DNA of 62,421 nt, filler included, from Polymyxa betae A26-41 (lineage: Eukaryota; Protista; Endomyxa: Phytomyxea), in NCBI GenBank assembly GCA_003693705.1. It is 6 parts of 6 records of this genome, joined end to end, with 100 filler letters (N's around TTAATTAATTAA, not from the genome) between each part and the next. Parts side by side here need not be neighbours in the genome. Positions count along the whole stretch, not along the records: positions 1 to 10,127 come from RBZT01000388.1; positions 10,228 to 25,200 come from RBZT01000772.1; 4 more parts are not named here. One strand, given 5' to 3'. Both the position numbers and the translations under genes were made by a program. This document shows positions 1 through 12,699 of the stretch, piece after piece. Under the pieces are notes generated by a model. It ran no database searches, was not told where the DNA came from, and saw only the letters and a program-made list of their open reading frames with translations. The stretch's first letter is position 1, and each line of letters begins with the position of its first letter.

Positions 1-702
1 GAAGCAAAATGTAGCACCATACAAGTGCAAGGCTAGGAAGTATAGCCCAGAAGATAGTGAATTTCTGAAAGAGTTTACGGATGAACTATCGAAGAACGGT
101 CTGATAGAAGAAAACTATATCTCAAAATGCGCATCGNNNNNNNNNNNNNNNCGTAGAATGACTGTAAACTTGCGTGGAGTAAATGCTCTGTGCGAAAGTA
201 CGGTCTGGCCCATTCCATTCATGGAAGCAATTGTCAATTACCTGGCTGGATCCAAGATATGGTTCAAGCTGGACGCCTTCAAAGGTTTCTGGATGATGCC
301 GTTGTCAGGAGACAGTAGGGAGATGTTCTCCTTAATGACAGATAGAGGAGTCTATACCCCTTTCAGATCCATCCAAGGAGCGCTGAATTCAGCGACACAT
401 TTTCAGGCTAGAATGTCAGAAGTGTTCAAAGTTGATGTATAAGAAGTTGATTATCTGGATTAAAGATTTATTAGGGTACTGTAAAAACTATGAAGATTGG
501 TATAGCAGTTTGGAAGAGACCCTAAAAATAGCAATGAAGTTCAACATCAAGTTTAATGTTACAAAATGCGACCTGTTCGCTAATGAAGTAAAATTCTGTG
601 GAAGAGCGCTCTCACCAGAAGGGGTAGAGCATGATCCCGCACGGATAGAAGCCCTGCTCAATATTCCACAACCGAAGACAGCCAGGGATCTGCAACAGTT
701 CT
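1..702 (+). pseudogene. Ty3/Gypsy reverse transcriptase fragment (frameshifted, truncated)
   Basis: Motifs LDAFKGFWMM, QGALNSATHFQ, IIWIKDLL (degenerate YxDD), VKFCGR, HDPARIEAL and LQQF. Similarity stops abruptly near 702. Confidence 0.85.
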
Positions 703-1591
703 CGGTAAATATCTCTAAGCACGCGTGCTTGAAGCACGCGCAGCCACCTTCACAGTTTTAATTGCACAGTCGCGCAGAAACGTTTGTTTGACATAGTTAT
801 AATCGTGCCACAGGCACTTAGTATTCTGTCATCTGTTCATCCCAAGGGCAGACTCCGTTTACGTCTATACACTCTACAGCCCACCGGGCACACATCGTTG
901 CGTCTACGAGGCGTATGGAATGCTGTAGTGAAAAGATCCTTTCTAAGACTATCCGCTGGCGATTGGGCACTGGGCGTTGTGAAGAGTTTCGCTGTTCTAA
1001 GCATTTTTCATAATGCTCTTCGGATGCAACGGCTAGTCAAGCCTTTTTGTGAAACAACCGAGTCGTTTGATTTTATTGTTTGTTTTTTAAGTTGCAATCT
1101 GAACTAAAGCTGACCACCTGCAGATGGTTAATATTCGTTAGAGAGGCTTTCGGATGTAATATAGTTTACCTATCTTATCCATCCTACGCTGATGGGATGG
1201 TCTGTCGCGAACCAAAGCAAATTCGCCCTGAAGCAAGCTGCCAGCAGCCTGTAAAACTTCTGGACTCGCTGATTTGTAATCATCTCCGTATCCAAGCATG
1301 GAATGCATCTTCTCATTCATATGTTCTTCAACATTTAAAATAATCTGATCCGTGGGATCAGGAGGATTGCTCATTAAGCTATCTTCCCATTGCACGCTGT
1401 TTCCTGTTGCTTTGCGTCAATCAATGTTGAAGAAATTGAAAGACAAAGTGTACCGCATTCAGGTTCTTCGACTACATCGTCTTCAGCAATGGAGCAGTTA
1501 TTTACTGGTAAGGCGTTGGTGTTCACAACAATCGCCTGGAGCGGGTTTGAAGCGGATGAATCAGCTAAGATAACTTTACGGTTAGCAACTA

Positions 1592-4154
1592 CCGTAGACT
1601 CTCTTATAATTAATAGGGTCGGTGGAGGGGTTTCGTATTGATTATAAGCGAGTATCAATTATTAGAATAAAAATTTGCGTTCGCATTTTATGTTGTTACA
1701 CGCACTTTATATCTGCGTGACATTGATAATTGCGAGAACTGCGGGGCGGATCTTGACCCGGGTCAACCCTGCCAGCAATTGGAAGAATATCAGTCCCTCT
1801 CCTCTCTCGCGATCGCTGCGCTGTGTCACCCGTGCTTGCTACATTTACAGAGCTCTCGTTGTCAGTTATGGATCGCTGTGCTGTTTGTTCAGGCAACGTT
1901 AGCGGAAATCATCGGTTAGTGGACTTGCTTTGCCAAAAATAGTCAGGAAACAGGTTTTTCAGCTGTCCAGCTTGTGATCGACCCGTCCATCCGTTCTGTG
2001 GTGAACCATACGCAGCCGATGAAGAAGGATTTGGCCAACGCATTTGGTGCTCGAAGTCTGGGAAGTGCATGCTTTCCTATCAACAGAAGCCAGAATCTGA
2101 TTGGAAATTGCCCACTGATTCGGAGTTATCGTCGGATAAATCGTCTTCGGAGTTATCGTCTGATAGTTCATCCGATGAAAATCCTATCGTTGTCGTTAAT
2201 GCGGATGTCATCTGCAAGTCCAAATCCAAATTATCCCTTGAGCAACGATCCCAAATTTGGAAGAAGCATCAGGAAGCACCTGAAATGACACAGCTTAAGC
2301 TTGCTGAAAGGGCGAAAGATGAGTTCCAGCTGGAGAAACTCACACAAGCCACGATTTCTACAATTTTAAAGGATTTTAGGAAATCTTCCTCGGGTGGCGG
2401 GAATTTTACGAATGAACAGGTACACCAGATCTGGAAAAAAAAGCAAGCAGAGCAAAATGAGCCAGAAAGACTTAGCAGATTGGGCCAAGAAGAAGTTCAA
2501 TCTCCAGAAAGCACCTTGTCAGGCGACGATATCTAACATCGTCAACAACAAACGTGCCATCTCTGACGCTTTGGATGATAAGACTCGCAATATCAAGCGA
2601 AAACGTGTCGTGAAATCCCCTGAACTCGACAACATCTTGGTTGAATGGATTCTTCAGCGCCAAGAAAACCGAGTGATCTTAACTTGGCAACTGATCCAGA
2701 GGAGGGCTCACGAATTTGCTGATCTGTTGAAGTTGTCAGAGGACCAGCGTCCTAATTTCTCCGATGGTTGGCTTAGAAATTCTTGGACCGTCATGGCCTC
2801 AAGACCATCGTTCTTTCCGGTGAAAGCGGTTCTGTCGACACAGCAGCTATCGAAGCAGCTTTACCTGATCTTCAGAACGCAATCAAACAATATCACCCTC
2901 AGGACGTCTTCAACATGGATGAGACCGGACTCTTCTACTGTCTAACGCATGACCGGACAATTGCGACCAGACAGCTTGAGGGTATGAAGAAGGACAAAAC
3001 CCGTATCAGTATTGCTCTGTGTGTCAACGCGGACGGCACGCAAAAATTAGAACTTCTGATTATCGGTCACGCCGCAAAACCTAGAGCTTTCAACAAAATA
3101 TCCGGAGAGCAGCTTTGTTTCTATTACCGCCACAACAAAAAAGCTTGGATGACCTCGTTACTCTTTCAAGAGTGGTTGCAGGAGCTCGATTCTCGAATGA
3201 AGCGGCAACAACGAAACGTCCTTCTTCTTTTGGATAATGCACCTACTCACATGGTGAAGAATCTTAAACTCTTCAACGTAAAGATATTGTTCCTACCACC
3301 GAATACAACGTCGCGCATACAGCCGATGGATGCCGGCATTATTGCTGCATTCAAGAAGCGCTACAGGTCGTTCCATTTGGTTCATGCCTTAGATCGCGAT
3401 GCTGCTGGGGAGAAGGATCTCTACAAAGTAGAAAGTCTAAAGGCAATGCGATGGTGCCGTGCAGCTTGGAATGCATTGACGCCGGACACCATTGCAAATT
3501 GTTGGCCTCACACTGGTTTGATGAATAGCGGGACAGCCTCGTTCTTGCCTGACTCGTTCGATGACAGTGAAATCGATCAGCAGTTGCTAGATCATATCGA
3601 GCATCTCAACATCTCTTCGCCTTTGTCCATCGAAGAGATGGCAGGCCATGAGACGGACGATGCTATTCATCATGCGTTTTCTGATACTGATCTGGTAGAG
3701 CTGTTTTCTGAAGATGCTAATCAGGAGCATGATGTAATCGTAGATGCCAGCCCGGAACCAGATGTAGAAGAGGTTTCTTTTGAAGACAATATCAAAGCTC
3801 TGAAACTCACTCTTAACCTTCTGGTTGATGAACCTATAGAAAATGAGGCTGCGATTCGTGAAGTCCGCAGAGTTTTACTCCGTCTCAGTAAGGAAAAAAT
3901 GGAAAAAAAGATTTGTAATCTCAAACAGAGCGATAGTCGCTTTTTTATGACAAAATAAACATGATTTGAATGTGAGAAACCTGAAAGCCCCTTGGTATTT
4001 TTTTGCTTATAATTAATGGTTCCTGAGGTTTTATCAATTATGAAGTATAAGAGAATATTAATTATATGCCATAGAACACATTTGGTGGACGCGCTCATGA
4101 TCAAATATAATCGAGTATTATTTATAAGAGAACCAATTATAAGAGATCCTACGG
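1592..4154 (+). mobile_element. pogo/Tigger-family DNA transposon, full length
   Basis: 20-bp TIRs: CCGTAGACTCTCTTATAATT (1592-1611) and its reverse complement at 4135-4154 with 2 mismatches. TA TSD at 1590-1591 and 4155-4156. Confidence 0.92.
2069..3958 (+). pseudogene. pogo/Tigger (CENP-B-like HTH + DDE_1) transposase, split by two frameshifts
   Basis: ORFs 2069-2536, 2394-2945 and 2783-3958. CENP-B-like PNFSDGWL; catalytic motifs VFNMDETGLFY, LLLLDNAPTH and IQPMDAGII. Confidence 0.9.
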
Positions 4155-4190
4155 TATTCAAATAATTGATTGTGATATCAAAGCCGAAGC

Positions 4191-5690
4191 CTAACCTGGT
4201 GACTGTTTTTTATTAGGGCACGACGTAATGTTATGCCCAGGATTTTTACAGGCAGAGCAACGTTTGCTGTCCCTTGTTCGATTCTCATGCATTCTTGTGA
4301 TCGCGGAAGAATTAGTGCCAACGTTTGCAGGGCGACCAACGCTCTTTCTCCGCCTCATTGGTGGTTGCATTGCTGACGATGTCGCTGTCGGTGTTTGGGC
4401 GCTAACGCTTGATGCTTCTTTTAAGTCACTTAGGACGCAACCGCACTTAATCATTGCCAGCCTATAGACATGATCGCTGCTGTTGGAGCCCTTCTCGACG
4501 ATTTGCTTGCATATCTCGTCCAGTTTGTGATAACGCCTTTGTTGGCTGCTAGGGCAAACAATTTGTTGGTAAATGTCAACTTCAATGCGGCCGCCTTTGT
4601 TGACAGCTTCTTGCTCAATGTTGAATATAGGGTTATCAGCATCCTGACTCGTGGTGTCATCTGCTCAAAGGATCTAGAGCTTTGTTTGTCAATGGATGAC
4701 TCTACAATCGCCAGCGAGGATGCAGGACAGCTTTACAATAGAAATCCTTTCCCTCACGACTGTACACTGCACAAATTGTTGCACAAGGTATCAGAGTCGA
4801 ACAAAAATCTGAGCAGTTACACGAGCAAATGTTGTTGGATCCTGTGGATCATGACAACGAACGCTGTGAGGATTCTCCTGTGGATTTCTGTGTACAACGG
4901 TCCAAGAGCCATCATCATGTGATTGAACATCGACATATTGATGCACCGATTGAGCACGATCTTTCCATATTGCATCCACGTAATTAGACCAGTGCTTGCC
5001 ATTTTGGATCAGTTTGATTAACAGTTCTAGAGCGTTCACATCCTGGCGCTCGCATATGGAGAATAAGTGCTTAGATGTCTCGAACATGTTAAAGTTTTTC
5101 ATGTCTTTCTTCAACAGGGGGTCCTGCTTAATTCTGGGGTTATTCGATTCCGAGCGCTGTGATGCCACATGACCAGCTGTGAAATGTCGGGACGTTTTTG
5201 CCGCACAAACACGTTCAGCATCACGTTCTAATCTCTCGATGACTTCCAACACTGCAGGGACTATGCCGTAAGTTTGTTTACAATCAACGAATGCCTGATT
5301 CAAGCTTTCGGTCGATGGGAAAACATTGACAATAAGGGTATTGCAATCTTTCAAGAACTGAATCCCCGTTTCTTGCGACATTCCGCTTTTGGCAGACATA
5401 AGCGTTGTTCTGTAATGCTGGACACACAGAATATGGATAATGTCGCAATCATGCGCAGTGACAGTGTACGTGTTCTAAGAAATCATATATATGCGATTTC
5501 AATGGATGCAGTAAAGGGTTCTCGTTTCCAAGCAAGCTCGAACGCCACAAGCAGATACACAATTCAAACAGGGTAAAAGAACAATGTGGCTTATGCGGCA
5601 AGAATTTGGCCAATCTTAGTCTACACATTTGTACGAAGAGTTCGACGCCGACGGAATCTGTACCAATTTGTTCAACCACAATCAAGTTTT
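4191..5690 (-). pseudogene. MULE/Mutator transposase remnant with SWIM finger and C-terminal zinc knuckle
   Basis: Across several frames: HILCVQH, SQRSESNN, SWIM-like CSCNCSDFCSTLIPC (~4780-4830) and KRCSACKNPGHNITSCP. Confidence 0.7.
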
Positions 5691-5699
5691 ACCGCCCGT

Positions 5700-8530
5700 T
5701 CTGCGAAAAAGATGATTTAGACTCGCTGGATGATGTTTTTTCGCATTGCTGGAAGGTATATTGGTTTGCAATACAATAGTGCAGCTTTGATTCACATTGA
5801 TATCATAGATTCACAAGTCCGATGATATCCAGAAGATCAAACATCACTTTAAGAGCGAATTGGAGTATGCTAGGTAAGATTAATCTCGCCTATTTTATAT
5901 TGATATTTTATTATTTACTGTTACTGGAATTAGTTGGAGAAAGGGACTCAAAGGAGAGACGTTTGTAGTTCTAAACGGACCCAAATCGAAAGTGCAAACG
6001 CTGGTTTGTAATCGATCTCGAGAGAACCTGAACAAGAACACAAATGCTGTAGTAGAGAATAAGCAGCCGCTCATATTCTCGTGGGAATCTTGTAAGTTAG
6101 ATGCTTGCTGCTTAGCTCGTATGTATGTTTGGCGCAACGTCTCTGGCGAGGTCGACGTCGAGCACATCGCAACGCATTCGGGACACAAACCCACAGCATT
6201 CCAAGAGCAGCGCTTTCTGAAACTGTCGGAGCATGCATGTTATTGAGCAAATATCTGAGCAGTTACGGCTGGGGATCCTTTGCGATCGCATTGTAAAGAA
6301 TTGCAACGCTGCTCTTTCAAATCGCAACACCCGTAATTCCCTGATTGAGGTAAGCCTTTTCTAATGCGATCAGTTAAATCTAACACGACTGTGCATCAGA
6401 GCGGCGAAGTCGTCAGGGATTACATTATCACTCCGAAAGACGTTCTTAATATTAAAGCAAGGATTTTCATGACAAGCCTCAAGTCGCAGGATGTTGAGCT
6501 GACAGATGCTTACATTCGAGGCCTCCAGAACGAGATCTATAATCCTGTTTTATTTTACAAAGGTATACTATACTTTATTATCGTCGAATCCATTTATTGA
6601 TGCTGACCATGAATAGGCGCTCATGAAGACGACACATCTGGATTCGGATTCGAACGAAGCGAGTTCTGTGTTGTTCTGCAAACACAGTTCATGTTCGAGC
6701 GGATGAAAGAGTTGGTGTTTAATGCCGATTCAGAATTTGCATTAATTTCGTTGAATCAGGTTTGGGCACCGGGGCTGGGCCATTGATTCCACACATGGCA
6801 CCAACACATAGGGTTTAAATTCATCACTATCATCGTTGTTGACCATTTGACAAATCAGGGCTATCCCGCTTGCTTTTGTGTCACTTCACTCGAGAATAGA
6901 ATCGCGTTGAAATCTTTACTTTCAAGTTTAAGGGTATGTTGTTTTTGGCTATCGTCAAAATGCACACTAACTATCTTCGTTTATTTAGGCCAAATTTTCG
7001 GTTCTCGCTCCACGCGTGCTGCTCTCTGACGATGACAATAATGCTTGGAATGAGGGAAGTGCTATCTTCCCTTCAATGAAGAGTCATTTCTTATGCGTTT
7101 GGCATATTGATAAGAACTGGCAAAAAGCTGTAAGTTCTTAACCTTTTGGTTATCAAATCTGTGACCTGATCTGCATTTCAGCTATAAAAAAGACTTCGGG
7201 CTCGCGAGAACAGGAACGAGATGTACAGACAGCTTTGCTATCTTCGAATGATGCGTGATCGGGAATCGTTCCCTGAGGAGCTTGCAGGATTCGTAGCGAA
7301 ATGGGAGGTAAATGAAGATTTGTTTATCAAATATTTTGTAGATAATTATGCCAATCGCGCACAAACATGGGCGGTCTGTTATCGTGACCCAGATATGCCA
7401 GACACTACTGGACATTGCGAATCTTGGCGTAGGGTTTTTAAAAATAAATTCTTGAAGGGCAAGCAGAATATTTACGTCGAGCCGCTGCTGAGGTTGCTGA
7501 TGGACGCCGAAGAGTCATACTACAACAAATATCTCATGTCGAATTTGCTTTGTTTGATAGAGTTAGTCTGATGTCTGTAATAGGAGACTGACAGGAAAAG
7601 AATTCAAAATCAGCCCCATTTTTAATACCCGAATTAAGAAAGCCGTTCAAATCCCTGCCGATAGGGTTGAACAAATTCCTGGAGATGCCATCGACGGACG
7701 AACTCTTATGGTCAGGAATTCTGAAGAAACAAGAACGTACTTTGTTTCGGAGATAAGCTCAGTTATTGGATGAATGCAGAATTAATGTATAATTGTATAG
7801 AAAGCCAATAAGGTCTGTTTCAACGAGTACGAGGAAGCTGATCTGGAGAATGGTGTAAGCGACACCTTCAAAAAGGACTTGCCCTGCATGGCGTATCAGC
7901 TATGTCGTTCATCCGGCATTGCTGGAGTTGTACGTGCCACGATTACACAAGCTGTGGTCATCATTGCAAACCTTTGTTTGCCGGTAACTATTGAAATATT
8001 CGCATTGGACTTGTTTCTAACGTTTTTTTAGTTGCATTTCACCAAAAATGGTTTGACCCGAAGAACCTCAAAACTTCGAAAGGACTCCTGACGCCAGCAG
8101 ATCTGGAGATTGTGGCTGGTGTCAACAGCGCTGCCCAGGCTGTTGCTGCGGAAGAACTCCATGAGACTATCGCGCAGGCGTCCAAGCAAGACTCTACGCG
8201 TGCAGAATTCTTGGCGCAAGTGCATCTCCTAAATGAAGAGGCATGCGCTTTGAATTCTAACGCAAGCCTGGATTACGGTAACCTCATTTGTTTAGTCCAG
8301 GAACTGAGAACGCGTCTCACAGGGTCGAATGGCGATAGGATTGGGACTCCCGAGCAGCAGACGTTCTCGGGCGTCCAGCCAATGAGAACCTCCCCTAACC
8401 AGCATGTCAAGCGGCAGATGACCTTCAAGTCAACAAGGCCCGCTAAACGAAGGAAGGAGCAGGGTCGCAAACCAGATTTTCAAGACTTCACTCAGATCTC
8501 CCAAGACCTACGTAAGACACAACTTTCGCA
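5700..8530 (+). pseudogene. MULE transposase gene, probably intron-containing, degenerate
   Basis: WRKY/FAR1-like ESCKLDACCLARMYV...HSGH; IDSTHGTNT*GFKFITIIVVD; LLSDDD...FLCVWHIDKNW; DTTGHCESW. Short GT...AG gaps lie between coding blocks. Outer limits are approximate. Confidence 0.72.
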
Positions 8531-9209
8531 GCTAATTGAATTGTCCATAATTGTTGTTGTTAGGGTCTGCTGCTCCTCCTGTCGTCGAAGTTGGTGCTGT
8601 TTATGCTGCCACGAATCCCCGAAGTGATATTCAATAAATCCTATTATATTTCATCTCCACATTATTGTACGAAATACGAAAGTAGAGTTTTATTGCAATT
8701 TCACACAAACGATGGGATTGCACTCATTACAGATAACTTTTCGCAGCCGTTGGCTTGTAGAAAATTAATACAATCTTTCAAAGCAGAAAATACTCTTCGG
8801 TGATCGCTAACCACAAGCGACTTGCCGGTGAAGATATTTTGTCTCCACTAAAGCTCGAAAACAGGTCACAGCGTGCATCAACGTTAAGGTTGTTTTCGAC
8901 TTCACTTTCATTCTTCTCCTTGTTTGGCAACATCGTTTGTTGACCTTATGCTGCTCTGCCGAACGCTTAACTAGTCAATCGTTAGTAATCACTAAATGGA
9001 AACCAGACAAACAAGGAATCCTCAAACACAGGCGGCTGTATATCGACCTAATTCGGAAAAAGATTATTCGATTTTTTATTCCTAAGATAAATCAGATAAT
9101 CACTTTTTGTAGGCGATTTTAAGACCGTGACGGCAAAAACCGTGACGGCCAGCATCGTTGGAAGCGACTGGCCGTCACAGTCGGGCGCGACCCTCTGCCC
9201 TGGGAAGAT

Positions 9210-9684
9210 CGGGATTCAGATTCGTTCGACCGGGTATCGAAAACTACCGAAATTTATAGTCTCCCATACTGTAGCAGAGCAACAGGTAATGGATGACGTG
9301 GATAAGTACCTGAGCTTGCGCTGAGAGCAACCGGCAGTCGATCCCTCGGAATTCTGGAAACCCCATCTCAAGCCGTGTTTCGAACCTCAGCAAAGTTGCC
9401 AAGGACATTCTTTCCATTAATGGGTCATCAGTGGCGGTTGAAAGAATGCTTAACTGAGTTCGAGATATGATCGGGCTTCGCAGATAGTCCTTGAAGCCAG
9501 AGACGCTCAGTTCATCACTGTTCGGCAAGTGTGCATTGAAAAAATGAACAGTAAAAGTTGTTTCCGCTCCTTTATTCCAATTTCGTGTTTCTGTAGCCGG
9601 TTCTACCGGTATCGTATCCGGTTTTCCGGATAAGGTACCGGTCGTAGGCATGTACCCGACCCGAGACTACCGATCGGAGCCCTA
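9210..9684 (-). mobile_element. possible hAT remnant
   Basis: FPEFRGIDCRLLSAQA resembles the hAT dimerisation motif. TAGGG-type end at 9684 and CCGG-rich palindromic subterminal sequence at 9596-9680. No TSD found. Confidence 0.35.
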
Positions 9685-10127
9685 TTATTTACCGAACCAA
9701 TGAATGAGACAAACAGGCTGGAGCGAGAACGACTTAGCAGGGAGCTGGATTACAAGGAACGGTGTTGCTGTTTGAGAGAGTGTCGGGCTCTCTTCCACAT
9801 TGACCCAGTCACCGAGATAGTTCTTGTAGACTAGGCAGGAATTGCCACATACACGCTTCTTGATTGAAACCTCCTCCAAAGTACATCCAAAGTTCCTGAT
9901 GCGCTTGGCGATTCGTCTGACGTGGGCTCTGATTGTCCTCTCACACAGAAGAGTGGGACCGAGTTCGGCGACTGTCAGAATCACAGAGCTAATAGTTGTG
10001 TGGACGATGGGCATCCTATCCTTCCGTCTCAACGCAACGCCTCTTGCCTTCATCTTGTTGGTGGGAGAGATAAGCAATTCTGAGATGGCGTCCATGTTAT
10101 CAACTGTGGAGATGTCACAGTAGCTGG

Positions 10128-10227
10128 NNNNNNNNNNNNNNNNNNNNNNNNNNNNNNNNNNNNNNNNNNNNTTAATTAATTAANNNNNNNNNNNNNNNNN
10201 NNNNNNNNNNNNNNNNNNNNNNNNNNN
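10128..10227. other. artificial contig-joining spacer (also 25201-25300, 31331-31430, 35136-35235, 58548-58647)
   Basis: Identical 100-nt N block with central TTAATTAATTAA, which puts stops in all six frames. Confidence 0.95.
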
Positions 10228-10400
10228 TTGAGGTGGCGCCGCTTGATAAAGGTCGAATAAAGAAACATACTGAGGAGTTACAGAAAGCGTTAACAGATAT
10301 GCATAAAACCGTAACATTTAAATCTGAGGAATTGAGGAAATTTACAAATGGGGTTAAAAATATGAGGAGGAAAGAACCATATATTACCGTTGGTGATTTC

Positions 10401-11351
10401 CAGGCCTCCTTAAATACGGAAATTAATAAATAGAATCCGTATGTTCCGTATTTCTCTCCTAGGAAATTCCGTATTTCGTAATATTTTTATTGAAAATTTT
10501 CTTTTGTTTTGAAAAAAGAAAATATTTTTTTGCAAAAACTTCCGGCGCCAAGCTGGTGAATCGTAATTGCAGTTGTCATGAGAATGATCTAACAATGCCC
10601 TGGAGTGCGTTTCAAGCTTACAAGGGCGCATGATCACACTTCAGCAGCAAAAATCGGCGGTACAAGAACAAGTTACTACTTTACAGCGATTCGCGTTTGT
10701 TGAACGCATTCCGGAAGAAGCAGCCCAAGACTCAAGTGACGGCTTCGACGTTAAGAAGAACAGGCAGGTCAGTCAGAGCGATTTGATTGGACAAATCAAT
10801 GATCAAGGCGTCTTCACCATCCGGGCGCTGGATGGTCTCGACCCGGATGGCAGAGAGGAGGTGGTCCGGGCTGTTGGACAAATTATTCTCTCACAATTGT
10901 TGATGGTCTCAGAGCGGTCGACGCCTTTCGCGATGATGTTAACAACACCACCAGCGACCAAGACATCAGCTGATTGTCATTGAATCCGTGGGATATCGCG
11001 CAGACGAAAGCTTTGAGCCGCCATTCAGTGAGGACCGAGTCAAGTTTGCGAGGTTTGGACGACTCCTGGCCTGAAGAACAAATTTCCAGAGCTGACTTTT
11101 TCCCAATACTACGACAGTATAAAGCGACTTTTCTATCATTAAGTGGGAAAAAGACATCCATAGATGAGCAATGACGCCGTTTTCATTGGAGGGCGTTTTA
11201 CATTGCCGATGATTCGGTCATTGCTGAAGCAATTGCCTGGGAATACTGCCTTTCTAAGAAAGATCCGTATGTTCCGTATTTGGATCTCAGCCTGTGCCGT
11301 ATATTAGTAAAATACGGAATATAAGGAAAAATCCGTATTTAAGGAGGCCTG
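10401..11351 (+). mobile_element. non-autonomous hAT element (951 bp)
   Basis: Perfect 20-bp TIRs CAGGCCTCCTTAAATACGGA. 8-bp TSD GTGATTTC at 10393-10400 and 11352-11359. Subterminal CCGTAT repeats and an internal coding remnant. Confidence 0.93.
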
Positions 11352-11495
11352 GTGATTTCGTCCAATTAATAAAGAAATCCGCAAATATAAACCTACTTCT
11401 CAAGTCTAGTTTCAGCCACAGAATCACAAAGTGGGTGTGACTGTGTTCTTCCGTATATTATTGGAAAGTGGATTTGAGTAAACCCTCTTTGTATT

Positions 11496-12649
11496 ATGTC
11501 GTCTTCTGAGAAGGAGAGCTCTGGATCTGAATGCAAAGTTGATTCAGATGAAGAGCTATGGGATGGTTTCAGCTTCTTGAACCGATCAGCTGTAATGGCC
11601 CGGAACGCTATAGAAACCGAGACTAAAGAGCCTGGCTCTCAACAATCTGTGAATCCAGCAGAGGGCGTTCGTGATATTAATGGTAACCTATGCAGAACAC
11701 CGTCGATTTTCAAAAACCTGACCAACTTTACGGTTGACGAGTTCGAAGAACTATCAACCCTCGTATGCCCCGTAATCGCGCTAACCGCTAGGTCCCCTTT
11801 GGAAATAATTAAGGGAGCCGGCCGTCCCCCGAAACTAAATCCTGCTCAGCGATTGATGAACTTTTTGTTATTTTTGAAGCACGATAATTCATGCAATCAT
11901 GATGCGTTCCAATGGAATTGGGCACGCAGCTCTGTCTGCGATGATGCTATTTTTATCGCCAAGTGCATTGCGCAGGCGTGCGCGGAAGAAATTCGCTGGC
12001 CGAGTTCTGTTGAACGAGATGCTTCAGGCCGATTTATCCCGCAATTGCCTGGATGTATCGGGTTTATAGATGGCTGTGCCGAATTCGTCGTCCTTACAAC
12101 GATCCTGATGAGCGTCGCTGGTTCAACGGTAGAAAAAAGATGTATTGCTTTAACAATACTGTCGTTGTAGACCATCATGGATTGTTTATTTATGTTGATC
12201 CTGGCTATCCAGGAGGTTTCCATGATGTCAATATTCTTCGCGAGTCCGAACTCGATCAAAACTGGAGAGAGCACTTTACCGATAGGGAAAATTACCACGA
12301 GTATTCGTGTGGCTAATTGTCGATAATCATTTGTTATTGTAGGCCAGGATATGGATATCATGCGACGCATCGATAATAGGGAAATTGATAATGATATTAT
12401 TCCTGGCGTTATACATGCATTCAAAAAAATGCATGCCGGAATTCGAATCGCCGTGGAATGGGGTATCGTCGGCTTGAAAAGAAAATGGAAACGCCTGATG
12501 AAGGGCTTCGATTCCACGAAGCAAAGTTCCCTGACATATTCATATCACCAGCGATTCTAACGAATTTCTTGCATAGACGTCGGCGAGCGTTCCGAGTAGA
12601 GATAGAGCGAAACGGAAATCCTGGTGTTGGATGGAGATTTGATTATTAA
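11496..12649 (+). pseudogene. Harbinger-type DDE (DDE_Tnp_4-like) transposase, frameshifted
   Basis: CIGFIDG, FNGRKKMYCFNNTVVVD, YVDPGYPGGFHDVNILRES and RIAVEWGIVGLKRKWKRL. Confidence 0.85.
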
Positions 12650-12699
12650 TCGGCATTCATGGCCATTTATTTACAAGCTCTAAATATATACATAACTAA

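Noticed and set aside
702-5702. CGGTAAA / TTTACCG ends with near-repeat flanks ACAGTTCT / CCCGTTCT as one large element
   Set aside because: Only 7 bp of TIR and a 6/8 flank match, and the Gypsy RT does not resume after 5702.
10172-10183. Recurrent TTAATTAATTAA palindrome (five copies)
   Set aside because: Always centred in identical N blocks: an assembly linker, not biology. Adjacency across these blocks cannot be trusted.
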